DNA of 64,000 bases from an uncultured Bacteroidales bacterium (GTDB lineage Bacteria > Bacteroidota > Bacteroidia > Bacteroidales > FEN-979). Of the stretch, positions 18,867-27,974 are shown piece by piece. Under the pieces are notes generated by a model. The model did not search any database, was not told the origin of the DNA, and saw only the letters and a program-made list of their open reading frames with translations. Positions within the stretch are counted from its first letter, which is position 1. The number at the start of each line of letters is the position of its first letter. The translations under genes were made by a program, and so were the position numbers. Location of the stretch: contig CAILVF010000021.1 in NCBI GenBank assembly GCA_903837605.1, positions 14,630-78,629 on the forward strand, given 5' to 3'.

Positions 18867-19613
18867 TTATTTCTTCTTTCCCTGGTTGGCGACTTCTTCC
18901 ATGAGTTTTTTAATGACTTCCGGATCACCCAGGAAGTAATCCTTCTGCAGTACCATATTATCGTCAAATTCGAATACATATGGAATCCCGGTAGGCAGGT
19001 TAAGGCCGACGATATCCTCATCCGAGATATTTTTCAGGTATTTCACGATACCGCGGAGGCTGTTGCCGTGAGCTGCCACCAGCACTTCTTTATGCACGAT
19101 CAGGTTGGGCTCCATCTCGTCTTTCCAGTAAGGAACTATTCGTTCCACAGTGTTCTTCAGGGCTTCAGTCGCAGGAATATCTTTAGGGTCGAGGTCGCGG
19201 TAACGGGGGTCATGTTTCGGATGCCGGGGGTCGTCTTCGGGCAGGGGAGGAGGGGCAACATCGTAACTTCTTCTCCAGATAAGCACCTGTTTGTCACCGT
19301 ATTTCTCAACCATCTCGGTTTTGTTAAGCCCCTGCAGGCTCCCGTAATGTTTTTCATTGAGCCTCCAGGTTTTGTAAACAGGGATCCACAAAAGGTCCAT
19401 TTGTTCCTGGATGAGCCAGAGGGTGCGTATGGCACGGGTAAGATATGAAGTATAGGCTATCTTGAAATTAAATCCTTCTTTCTTAAGGGTTTGCCCGGCT
19501 TCGGTTGCTTCCCTGAGTCCACGCTCGGAAAGGTCAACATCGGTCCACCCGGTAAAACGGTTTTCCTTGTTCCAGGTACTTTCACCGTGACGGATTAATA
19601 CGAGTTTGTTCAT
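18867..19613 (-). CDS. gpmA: 2,3-bisphosphoglycerate-dependent phosphoglycerate mutase
   Basis: [37 protein letters not shown]. Confidence 0.95.
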   Translation of the reverse strand: MNKLVLIRHGESTWNKENRFTGWTDVDLSERGLREATEAGQTLKKEGFNFKIAYTSYLTRAIRTLWLIQEQMDLLWIPVYKTWRLNEKHYGSLQGLNKTEMVEKYGDKQVLIWRRSYDVAPPPLPEDDPRHPKHDPRYRDLDPKDIPATEALKNTVERIVPYWKDEMEPNLIVHKEVLVAAHGNSLRGIVKYLKNISDEDIVGLNLPTGIPYVFEFDDNMVLQKDYFLGDPEVIKKLMEEVANQGKKK

Positions 19614-19637
19614 AGTGGTTTAAGTTGGTTTACAGCG

Positions 19638-19674
19638 CAAAAGTATAAAATAATCTGCATTTTCCATACCTTTG
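19638..19674. promoter_or_regulatory. Divergent -7 elements (TACTTTTG on minus, TACCTTTG on plus) for gpmA and the DUF2723 gene
   Basis: caaaagta at 19638-19645 and tacctttg at 19667-19674. Confidence 0.6.
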
Positions 19675-19694
19675 GTCCTTCGAAGATACTCATT

Positions 19695-22600
19695 ATGCAG
19701 CAATACAAGCGACTTAACAACATCCTGGGCTGGATGGTATTCGTAATTGCCTCCGCCGTTTTCATTTTAACTTCCGAGCCAACCATGAGTTACTGGGATT
19801 GCGGGGAGTATATCTCGACCAGTTATAAACTGGAAGTCGGCCATGCCCCGGGAGCTCCTCTTTTCCAGATGATCGGCAGGTTCTTCTCCCTGTTTGCTAT
19901 GGGGAATGTAACCCTGGTCGCCCGCATGATCAATACCATGAGCGCCCTTTCAAGCGGTCTCACAATACTGTTCCTTTTCTGGAGCATTACCATGCTGGCA
20001 AAAAAGTTTGTAGTACGAAACGAGGAAATGAGCAAAGCTAAAATGCATCTTATTTTTGCCGCCGGATTGGTGGGCTCCCTTGCTTATACATTCACCGATT
20101 CATTCTGGTTCTCGGCAGTGGAAGGGGAAGTGTATGCAATGTCGTCCTGCTTCACGGCCATCGTGTTCTGGGCCATGCTTAAATGGGAAGAGCATGCCGA
20201 TGAGTCCCACAATTACCGCTGGCTTATCCTGATCGCTTACCTCATGGGCCTGTCAATAGGCGTTCATATGCTCAACCTGCTGACCATTCCTGCCATGACC
20301 ATGATCTGGTATTTCAAAAAGTACAAGAACCCGAACTGGAAGGGCATCCTTCTGGCAATGATCGTCTCGGTGCTCATTCTCGGCACTGTCATGTCGGTTA
20401 TCATTCCCGGGGTTTTAAAACTCGCTGCCTTGTTTGAACGCTTCTCGGTAAATTCTTTGAACCTTCCGTTCAATATCGGCACAATAATTTTCTTCCTGAT
20501 CCTGATAGCATCAATTGTCTTCGGATTGCGTTATTCGGCGAATAAACTGCAACCCGCCTGGAACGCAATACTGCTGGCATTCTCCTTTATACTGATCGGC
20601 TATTCTTCATTCTTCATGCTGGTAATCCGCAGTAATGCCGATACGCCTATCGACGAGAACAATCCCGAGAATGCGATGTACCTGCTTGCTTACCTTCAGC
20701 GTGAACAATACGGCGACTGGCCTATCCTGAATGGACCATATTACAATGCACCGGCAATCGACCATGAGAACGGAAGCCCTGTTTATACCAAGGATAAAAA
20801 AACAGGCCGGTACGAGATCACTGATAAAAGGGAAAAAGTTGAACCGGTTTATGATCCGAGGTTTACAACCATTTTCCCGAGGATGTGGTCAAACCGGGAA
20901 CCAAGGCATGCCAGGGAATATATTAAATGGGGCAACATACAGGGCGTTCCGGTTCAGGTTCAGCTTGGCGAAAAAACCGAAACCCGCATGAAACCGACTT
21001 TCGGAGAGAACCTCACCTTTATGTGGAACTACCAGATTATCCATATGTACTACCGTTATTTTATGTGGAATTTCGCCGGAAAGCAGAATGACTTCCAGGG
21101 AATGGGCAGCAAAATAGACGGGAATTGGAAGAGCGGTATTAAATTCATTGACCGGTGGAGGCTGGGTAACCAGGATATCCCGAAAAGCCGCGAAAGCAAA
21201 GCAGATAACAGCTTTTATTTTCTGCCCCTGATCTTTGGAATAATGGGCTTGTATTTAACCTTCCGAAGAGATTATAAGTCATTTATAATCATCGGGTTGC
21301 TCTTCCTGATGACCGGACTTGCCATAGTCATATACCTGAACCAGTATTCTCCCCAGCCAAGGGAAAGGGATTATGCCTTTGCCGGTTCATTTTATGCCTT
21401 TGCCATATGGATAGGCTTTGGCGTGATCTTCCTGGCCGAAACTCTCGGCCGGTGGATGAAAGCAAACCTGGCCCTGATCATATCCCTGGTGTTCGGACTT
21501 ATCACCGTAGGTGTGATGGCCCAGCAGGGATGGAACGATCACGACCGCTCCGGCCGATATACAGCCCTTGCTATGGCCGAGAATTATCTTAATTCATGCG
21601 CTCCCAATGCAATCCTTTTCACCAACGGTGATAACGACACTTTCCCTGTATGGTATGCCCAGGAAGTTGAAAAGATCCGCACCGACGTTCGCGTGGTCAA
21701 TTTGAGCCTCCTGAACATGGACTGGTATATCGACCAGATGAAACGGAAAGCCTATGATTCGGATCCTGTTCCGTTTTCCATGACCCAGGAAAAATACCGC
21801 CAGGGGAACCATGATGTTACCTACCTTATGGAGGACCCGTCGTTTAAAGACAAGTACGTCGATATACGCCAGTTATTCATGATCATCAATACCGATGAAT
21901 CAAAGCTGAAGATGAATCCCGGCGGAGGAGAGGGCCTGTTTGACTATTTCCCTACCCGGAAATTTTACCTTCCTTCCGATTCGGCTGAACTGATCAGGAG
22001 TGGAGCGGTTCCTGCCATATATAAAGGAAGGATAGAAGATCTTGCCTGGGAGATTAAAAGGGAAGGGATAGAAAAAGCCAACCTGATGATCCTTGACCTG
22101 CTTGCCACAAATAATTGGAAACGCCCGGTTTACTTTGTTGTTTCGACCGGGGCTGAAACCTATCTCGGGCTTGATAAATACCTGCACCAGGAAGGTCTTA
22201 CATACAGGCTGCTTCCTGTGAGGGCCGGGGTCACTGAAGGAGAACTGGGCGATGTCAACACCCCGGTGATGTATAACAACCTGATGAACAAATTCAGGTT
22301 CGGCGGATTGAATAATCCTAAAGTTTACCTGGATGAAACCAATCTGCATATGGTGATGAACATCCGTTCGGTCTTTGCCCGTCTTGTTACAGCCCTTCTT
22401 GCTGAAGGCAAGAAGGATTCAGCCCGGAAAGTGATTGAGCGTTGCCTCGAAGAGATGCCCGACAATACTATCCCTTACGATTATTTCGTGGTTACCCTTG
22501 CCGATGGATTGTACAAAGCAGGTGATGTGAAAAAGGCCAACGAAATCTCTCAAAAGCTCATCAATGGCTCAACCGAAAAGCTGGCCTACTATTTTTCATT

Positions 22601-22775
22601 TCCCGATAAAGATCTGAAAGATATGGAGATCCCTATGCAGGAAAGCCTGTTCACTTTGCAGAGGATCGGGGTTTCTGCAAAGAATGCCAATCAGGAGGAT
22701 CTTGCCAAACTCGCCGATCAGAACCTTACAAAATACTATGATCTTTATGTAAACAAGGTATACAGGCCCGAGTAA
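19695..22775 (+). CDS. DUF2723 (TMEM260-like, GT-C fold) multi-pass membrane protein
   Basis: SYWDCGEY, VGHAPGAP, FWFSAVEGEVY, YLQREQYG, PRERDY, FTNGDNDTFP.WY.QEVE. Confidence 0.85.
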   Translation: MQQYKRLNNILGWMVFVIASAVFILTSEPTMSYWDCGEYISTSYKLEVGHAPGAPLFQMIGRFFSLFAMGNVTLVARMINTMSALSSGLTILFLFWSITMLAKKFVVRNEEMSKAKMHLIFAAGLVGSLAYTFTDSFWFSAVEGEVYAMSSCFTAIVFWAMLKWEEHADESHNYRWLILIAYLMGLSIGVHMLNLLTIPAMTMIWYFKKYKNPNWKGILLAMIVSVLILGTVMSVIIPGVLKLAALFERFSVNSLNLPFNIGTIIFFLILIASIVFGLRYSANKLQPAWNAILLAFSFILIGYSSFFMLVIRSNADTPIDENNPENAMYLLAYLQREQYGDWPILNGPYYNAPAIDHENGSPVYTKDKKTGRYEITDKREKVEPVYDPRFTTIFPRMWSNREPRHAREYIKWGNIQGVPVQVQLGEKTETRMKPTFGENLTFMWNYQIIHMYYRYFMWNFAGKQNDFQGMGSKIDGNWKSGIKFIDRWRLGNQDIPKSRESKADNSFYFLPLIFGIMGLYLTFRRDYKSFIIIGLLFLMTGLAIVIYLNQYSPQPRERDYAFAGSFYAFAIWIGFGVIFLAETLGRWMKANLALIISLVFGLITVGVMAQQGWNDHDRSGRYTALAMAENYLNSCAPNAILFTNGDNDTFPVWYAQEVEKIRTDVRVVNLSLLNMDWYIDQMKRKAYDSDPVPFSMTQEKYRQGNHDVTYLMEDPSFKDKYVDIRQLFMIINTDESKLKMNPGGGEGLFDYFPTRKFYLPSDSAELIRSGAVPAIYKGRIEDLAWEIKREGIEKANLMILDLLATNNWKRPVYFVVSTGAETYLGLDKYLHQEGLTYRLLPVRAGVTEGELGDVNTPVMYNNLMNKFRFGGLNNPKVYLDETNLHMVMNIRSVFARLVTALLAEGKKDSARKVIERCLEEMPDNTIPYDYFVVTLADGLYKAGDVKKANEISQKLINGSTEKLAYYFSFPDKDLKDMEIPMQESLFTLQRIGVSAKNANQEDLAKLADQNLTKYYDLYVNKVYRPE

Positions 22776-22776
22776 G

Positions 22777-23400
22777 ATGTATGCAGTTCGTCCCCCTTGG
22801 TTCTACAGGGCGCTTAGCCCTCATTACCTTCTCTGCCAGGTGGCCGGGCCGGAAAAGACAGCCTATCTTACATTCGACGACGGGCCGGTGCCCGAAGCAA
22901 CCCCTGAGGTGCTGGAAATACTGAAAAAATACAATGCCAAAGCAACCTTCTTTTGCGTTGGCGATAATGTGAGAAAACATAAGGATATCTTTGAGCGCAT
23001 CATTGCTGACGGGCATGCCGTCGGCAATCATTCCTTCAACCACCTTAGCGGATGGAAAACATCGCCCGGAGCATATTACAACAATGTGATGAAATGCCGG
23101 GAATTTTTCGATAGCAAGCTGTTCAGGCCGCCACATGGCAGGTTTACGCCGGGCCAGTATTTTGTTCTCAGGAATGATTTCCGCTTCGTTCTCTGGTCGG
23201 TCCTCACCATGGACTACCACCATGCCGTAAGCCCCGAACAATGCCTGGCCAATGCGACTTCGAACCTGAGCCCCGGCGCGATCATTGTCTTTCATGACTC
23301 CATCAAAGCCAGGGAAAAGATGCTTTACGCCCTGCCGGGGTTCATTGAGCATGCCATGGGACAGGGATATGAGTTTGCTGAACTTTCACATGGGATGTAA
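22777..23400 (+). CDS. Polysaccharide deacetylase (CE4/NodB)
   Basis: YLTFDDGP, GNHSFNH, FRPPHG, IVFHD. Confidence 0.9.
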   Translation: MYAVRPPWFYRALSPHYLLCQVAGPEKTAYLTFDDGPVPEATPEVLEILKKYNAKATFFCVGDNVRKHKDIFERIIADGHAVGNHSFNHLSGWKTSPGAYYNNVMKCREFFDSKLFRPPHGRFTPGQYFVLRNDFRFVLWSVLTMDYHHAVSPEQCLANATSNLSPGAIIVFHDSIKAREKMLYALPGFIEHAMGQGYEFAELSHGM

Positions 23401-23404
23401 ATAC

Positions 23405-23581
23405 CGGATAGCTGGATAATGCGCTTCGCAGCCGATAACTGGATAGCTGGATAAGGCTGCTTCGCGCCGATAGCTGGATAACTGGATAATGCGCTACGCG
23501 CCGATAACTGGATATCCAACTATCCAGCTATCCAGCTACCCAGTTATCCAGCTATCCAGCTATCAAGCTATCCAGTTATCC
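23405..23581. repeat. Octamer array GGATARCT with inverted TATCCAGY arm, interspersed with three GCT(T/A)CGC-GCCGATA units, between convergent genes
   Basis: ggatagct/ggataact repeats followed by tatccaac tatccagc tatccagc tacccagt tatccagc... Confidence 0.9.
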
Positions 23582-24279
23582 TACATCTCCCCCTGGTCGG
23601 CAAAACTGTAATAGCTGTCATCCCCCACGATAATATGGTCCAGCACATCGATGTCGAGCAGCAATCCTGCATCCCTGATCTTTCGGGTAAGCTTTTTATC
23701 GGCTTCGCTGGGTTCCAGGTTCCCCGAAGGATGGTTATGCCCTATGATGATGGAGGAAGCATGGGCCTCCAGCACAATATTGAAGATCTTCTTAGGATCT
23801 ACAACGGTTCCCGAAATACCTCCTTCGCTGATCTGGACCTTTCGCAAAAGTTTGTTGCCCCTGTTTAAAAGCAGCATCCAGAACTGTTCGTAGAGGTGGT
23901 CCCCCATCAGGCTGCTGAAAATCTCATAAGCCTGCCTGCTTTGTGTTATCTTGTCGAGGCTCACGGCCCCGGCTTCGTTCCTGCGGCGCCCCAATTCAAG
24001 GGCAGCCATAATTGTCAGCGCCTTTGCTTTCCCAATACCTTTCTCCCTGGTCAAATCACTCAGGCACATTTTCGACAGTTCAATAAGGTTGTTCCCTGCC
24101 TTCTGCAGGATATTCTTAGAAAGGTCCACGGCCGATCCATGCCTTGTACCTGTGCTGATGAGAATGGCAAGCAACTCAGTGTCGCTGAGTGCATGCCTGC
24201 CCTTCATCTCCAGTTTTTCCCTTGGCCTGTCGTCTTCAGCCCACTGGTTGATAGGGATATGGTTTACATAATTATCCAT
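23581..24279 (-). CDS. radC: RadC-family (JAB domain) protein
   Basis: DRPREKL, LSD.ELLAIL, HNHPSG, D.DVLDHII. Confidence 0.92.
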   Translation of the reverse strand: MDNYVNHIPINQWAEDDRPREKLEMKGRHALSDTELLAILISTGTRHGSAVDLSKNILQKAGNNLIELSKMCLSDLTREKGIGKAKALTIMAALELGRRRNEAGAVSLDKITQSRQAYEIFSSLMGDHLYEQFWMLLLNRGNKLLRKVQISEGGISGTVVDPKKIFNIVLEAHASSIIIGHNHPSGNLEPSEADKKLTRKIRDAGLLLDIDVLDHIIVGDDSYYSFADQGEM

Positions 24280-24365
24280 TTTGTTTATTCTCTTAATCCG
24301 GCAAACAGCCGGAAGTGATATCTTTATTCAATTATTTTTATGTTTGCAGATGAAATTCCCCTTTA

Positions 24366-25106
24366 ATGAAGTTTGATATCAATTATCTCGAACGCGTCGA
24401 CTCCACCAATGCCCATGCGAAAAAGCTCCTCAACGGCTCTTCGGCAGGGGAGGGAACGGTTATATGGGCCGGGGAACAGTATGCAGGGCGCGGACTGGGC
24501 GAAAATACCTGGCATTCGGGGGCAGGGCTGAACCTCACCTTCAGCCTCATACTTGAACCCCTGTTTCTTCAGCCCGATAATTTGTTTTGCCTGAACAAAG
24601 CGGTTGCACTGGCTGTTTTACAAACAATACGACATGAGCTTAACGGAGGAATCGAGGCTTCGGTCAAGTGGCCCAACGATATCTATGCCGGCGACCGTAA
24701 AATTGCCGGGATACTGATTGAACATACAATTCTTGGAACCGCAATCAAACATACTGTGATAGGGGTCGGCATCAACCTGAACCAGGAAGAATTTCCTGCC
24801 GGGATCCCGAATCCCGTTTCATTGCTTCAGCTTACCGGGAAACGGTATGACCCCCGCAACATACTTGAAATATCCATCTCAAACCTGGCAGGAGAATATT
24901 CCCGTCTCAGCAGCTCCGAATGTGACGAAATAGTTTCAGAATATGATGCCAGCCTCTTCGGGTTGGGCAAAAACTTTGTTTTCAATGCATCAGCTTCCAC
25001 TTTCAACGGCAGTGTCCAGGGCGTGGATGATCTCGGAAGGCTAAATGTTCTGACTGCGGATGGCGTTCTGCGAAAATTCAATCACGGGGAAATTGTCATG
25101 AAGTGA
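24366..25106 (+). CDS. birA: Biotin--protein ligase (no HTH domain)
   Basis: DSTN, Q.AGRG, KWPNDI, KIAGILIE, GVGINL. Confidence 0.9.
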   Translation: MKFDINYLERVDSTNAHAKKLLNGSSAGEGTVIWAGEQYAGRGLGENTWHSGAGLNLTFSLILEPLFLQPDNLFCLNKAVALAVLQTIRHELNGGIEASVKWPNDIYAGDRKIAGILIEHTILGTAIKHTVIGVGINLNQEEFPAGIPNPVSLLQLTGKRYDPRNILEISISNLAGEYSRLSSSECDEIVSEYDASLFGLGKNFVFNASASTFNGSVQGVDDLGRLNVLTADGVLRKFNHGEIVMK

Positions 25107-25172
25107 CTGGTGACTGGTGACTAGCGACTGGTGACTGGTGACTAGCTACTGGTGACTAGTACCTAGTAACTA
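25103..25172. repeat. Heptamer array GTGACTR (about 10 units) starting at the birA stop
   Basis: gtgactg gtgactg gtgacta gcgactg gtgactg gtgacta gctactg gtgacta gtaccta gtaacta. Confidence 0.9.
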
Positions 25173-25185
25173 TTCATTGTTCACT

Positions 25186-25944
25186 CTAACGGTTATATCT
25201 CTTCCCGAACATAACACTCACATATACCGTGAGAAAAAAATTCTGCTTGGGGTTCAATGCCATTATGGCGATGGCGATGGGGCTGTAATCAAGGGTGGCT
25301 CCGACTTCAAGAGACGAGATCATTTTATTGGAACTGCCGAACTCGAAATCAAGTCCGGTTTTTGTATAAAGCCCTGGAAAGAAATTAAGTTCCAGTATGC
25401 CTGCAAGGAAGGACCCCCTGCCGTAAATATAATCGGGGTTGATATCGGCCGAATAACGCTGCTCCCGTAGTTCATAATTTGAACCGGTCGTTTGGTAAGC
25501 CACAAAAACATACGCAGGTTTGGTGATCCCGATACTTAATCCGCCGTATACTATTCCGCTTACCTGCACCCCTCCCCAATAAGGTTTCCGGTTGAAAATA
25601 TAATTCAGGCCAACCCCGCCCCTGAGAAAGGAAACATAGTTAAGCTTTCCGAAAAAATAGGGCCTGGAATTTGAATAATACGGGTTAACCACCCTTACTT
25701 CTTTAGCCGATTTATAGGTTGACCATTCTATCTCCCACATGAACTGCTTTAAAGCGGTGAGATTATACCCTTTTCGGAATTTGAGCCCCCATCCGTTGGA
25801 ATGCAGCATGGCCCCCAGGCTCCACTGACGTTCAAATAATACGTTGTCGGGAACAGAATCGCTGTAATCATGGAAGGTTTCCTGGGCCCCTGCGAGGCCG
25901 GGAACCGAGATCATCAGAAACACCAGGAAAACGATCTTTTTCAT
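25186..25944 (-). CDS. Hypothetical exported protein, probable outer-membrane beta-barrel
   Basis: Signal peptide, amphipathic aromatic-rich beta strands, C-terminal ..FGKRY; TACTTTTG element at 25964-25971. Confidence 0.65.
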   Translation of the reverse strand: MKKIVFLVFLMISVPGLAGAQETFHDYSDSVPDNVLFERQWSLGAMLHSNGWGLKFRKGYNLTALKQFMWEIEWSTYKSAKEVRVVNPYYSNSRPYFFGKLNYVSFLRGGVGLNYIFNRKPYWGGVQVSGIVYGGLSIGITKPAYVFVAYQTTGSNYELREQRYSADINPDYIYGRGSFLAGILELNFFPGLYTKTGLDFEFGSSNKMISSLEVGATLDYSPIAIAIMALNPKQNFFLTVYVSVMFGKRYNR

Positions 25945-25973
25945 TTTAATCTGAACGACCAGGCAAAAGTAAG

Positions 25974-26014
25974 AAAAATAAAAAGGCTGCCCTTATTAGC
26001 AAAGGAGCAGCCTT
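25974..26014 (-). terminator. Rho-independent terminator of the small lipoprotein gene
   Basis: Stem aaggctgc...gcagcctt followed by a T-rich run on the minus strand. Confidence 0.65.
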
Positions 26015-26035
26015 AAAATTCCTTAAAAAAGCGTT

Positions 26036-26158
26036 TCAGCGACGTTCCATTTGGTATCTTTGCTTTTCACCGTAAGCGGCACAACCCCGGTTGGAGGTGC
26101 AAGAAGAAACAATACCTAAAAGTACCACTGATAATAATAAGATAGCTATTTTTTTCAT
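26036..26158 (-). CDS. Small 40-aa lipoprotein with CxAY motif
   Basis: MKKIAILLLSVVLLGIVSSCTSNRGCAAYGEKQRYQMERR; lipobox VSSC; own TACCTTTG element (26187-26194) and terminator. Confidence 0.75.
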   Translation of the reverse strand: MKKIAILLLSVVLLGIVSSCTSNRGCAAYGEKQRYQMERR

Positions 26159-26275
26159 TTTATAAACCAGGATTTATAAAGTTTTGCAAAGGTACACAAT
26201 ATTAGGTAATAAACTCCAGTTTGAGCACTTTATTGTTTAAAGTTATTAACGAGCCTAAGTTTATAACCTGAGCAT

Positions 26276-26959
26276 ATGAATGAACCACAAAGCCCTGCAA
26301 TAGAAGAGAGTTGGAGGGTCGTTTTAGGAGAGGAATTCAGGAAGCCCTATATGGCCGGCCTCAAAGGATTTCTTGTAAATGAGAAAGTGAAATTCCGCGT
26401 ATTCCCTCCCGGTTCATTGATTTTCAATGCGTTCAATCAAACCCCATTCAATGATGTCAAGGTTGTCATCCTGGGCCAGGATCCGTACCATGGCTACGGG
26501 GAGGCCCATGGATTATGTTTCTCGGTTCTCGAAGGCATCACCAAACCCCCTTCATTGATCAATATTTTCAAAGAGATTGAGAATGACCTCGGGATCAAAC
26601 CCCCGAAGCATGGAAATCTTACTAAGTGGGCCAAACAGGGGGTGCTGTTACTTAATGCAACCCTGACAGTAAGGGAAAACCAGGCAGGTTCCCACCAGAA
26701 TAAGGGTTGGGAATCATTTACCGACGAGGCAATAAAGCAACTTTCAACCCAAAGAGAAGGTCTTATCTTTGTTTTATGGGGTAAATTTGCAGAAGCTAAG
26801 TCTGTTCTGATCGATAAGTCTAAGCATTTTATCCTGTCGGCCCCGCATCCTTCTCCATTCTCGGCCAACAGGGGCTTTTTCGGTTGCAGGCATTTTTCAC
26901 GCATCAATGAATTGCTGAAGCAGATGGATAAACAGGAGATCGATTGGAGGCTGGAATGA
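26276..26959 (+). CDS. ung: Uracil-DNA glycosylase
   Basis: GQDPYH, PPSL.NI, GVLLLN, HPSPFS. Confidence 0.95.
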   Translation: MNEPQSPAIEESWRVVLGEEFRKPYMAGLKGFLVNEKVKFRVFPPGSLIFNAFNQTPFNDVKVVILGQDPYHGYGEAHGLCFSVLEGITKPPSLINIFKEIENDLGIKPPKHGNLTKWAKQGVLLLNATLTVRENQAGSHQNKGWESFTDEAIKQLSTQREGLIFVLWGKFAEAKSVLIDKSKHFILSAPHPSPFSANRGFFGCRHFSRINELLKQMDKQEIDWRLE

Positions 26960-27819
26960 AGACATCCGGGAACATGAGAATTCAATTATCATCTTTGTGT
27001 GTTTTTATAGCGGTTGTTTGTCTTACAGCCGGCCTGCCGGCTCTCCAATCATGCACGAAATCGGGGATTACAGAAGAGGGAACCTCCAAACCCACAACCC
27101 TGATAATCCGCTTTGAAAACATGGTTGACACACTTCCGCTGGTCCTTGACACTATGAAGTATAAAAATTTAGCGGATGATTATTATAAGGTGACAGACCT
27201 TCAGTATTTTGTGTCTAATGTTACCCTGCACCGGGATGATGGAATAGTATACAGGGCCCTCAATAATGATGGTATACACTATGTTGATGCAAGAATACCA
27301 TCTACTTTGTATTGGACCATAAACGCTTCAGTGCCCCCCGGCACATTCGACTCTATATCCTTTACCTTCGGATTGAATGCTGAAATGAATTATTCGTACC
27401 GCTTTCTTAATCCGCCCGAGCGGGATATGAACTGGCCCGAGATCCTGGGAGGAGGGTATCATTACATGAAAATGAACCTATCGTGGCGAAAGTCAGGTAT
27501 GAACAGGGCTTACCCCTTTAATTTTCATCTTGGGATAGGCCAGATCTATAGAGGGAACATTATCAACCCTGATTCCATTGAAGGCTATGTACAAAACTTC
27601 TTTAATGTTAATCTGCCGGCTTCCGCATTTTCAATCAGCCAGGGCCAGGTCAGATTACTGGTTCTTACAATGAATATCAACAGCTGGTTCAACGGTGAAA
27701 ATGAGTTTGATTTTGCAAAATATCAAAATATGATGATGCAGAACCAGAACGCTATGCATAATGCCTGTTTGAACGGTAAAAATGCGTTTGCCGTGAGGTT
27801 TACGAGCGGAGGGAAATGA
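26956..27819 (+). CDS. MbnP-like lipoprotein
   Basis: Lipobox LQSC; LQYFVSNV.L, ISFTFGL, MNWPEILGGGYHYM, FHLG; upstream of a di-heme peroxidase; ATGA overlap with ung. Confidence 0.7.
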   Translation: MKTSGNMRIQLSSLCVFIAVVCLTAGLPALQSCTKSGITEEGTSKPTTLIIRFENMVDTLPLVLDTMKYKNLADDYYKVTDLQYFVSNVTLHRDDGIVYRALNNDGIHYVDARIPSTLYWTINASVPPGTFDSISFTFGLNAEMNYSYRFLNPPERDMNWPEILGGGYHYMKMNLSWRKSGMNRAYPFNFHLGIGQIYRGNIINPDSIEGYVQNFFNVNLPASAFSISQGQVRLLVLTMNINSWFNGENEFDFAKYQNMMMQNQNAMHNACLNGKNAFAVRFTSGGK

Positions 27820-27821
27820 GG

Positions 27822-27974
27822 AGCTGGATAACTGGATAACTGGATAGCTGGATAACTGGATAATAGGATAACTGGATAATAGGATAACTGGATAGGGTGA
27901 TGAAAATTGAACGTAAAGCTTTATTTGAAAAATCTTTCCCCGTATCCAGTTATCCTATTATCCAGTTATCCAGC
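27822..27974. repeat. Octamer array CTGGATAR (27822-27896) with inverted TATCCAGT arm inside the next CDS (27943-27974)
   Basis: Same unit as 23405-23581; the two arms flank the start codon of the peroxidase. Confidence 0.85.

Noticed and set aside
18866-19021. Long N-terminal extensions in the ORF track (phosphatase; also lptG to 31326, OstA-like to 52273, Omp85-like to 62459)
   Set aside because: They overlap upstream genes; downstream ATGs fit the homologous N-termini and operon spacing
23325-23519. Short ORFs made from repeat DNA (also 4864-5163 and 50514-50735)
   Set aside because: Translations of tandem repeats with no sign of being genes
23581-24279. radC as a marker of a mobile element
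   Set aside because: Full-length chromosomal form among housekeeping genes; no integrase or att sites seen
26159-26180. tataaaccag match to the 53201 operator upstream of the small lipoprotein
   Set aside because: Spacing and second half-site differ, and chance is likely in AT-rich DNA
23405-27974. CRISPR interpretation of the repeat arrays
   Set aside because: Units are 7-8 nt, there are no unique spacers and no cas genes
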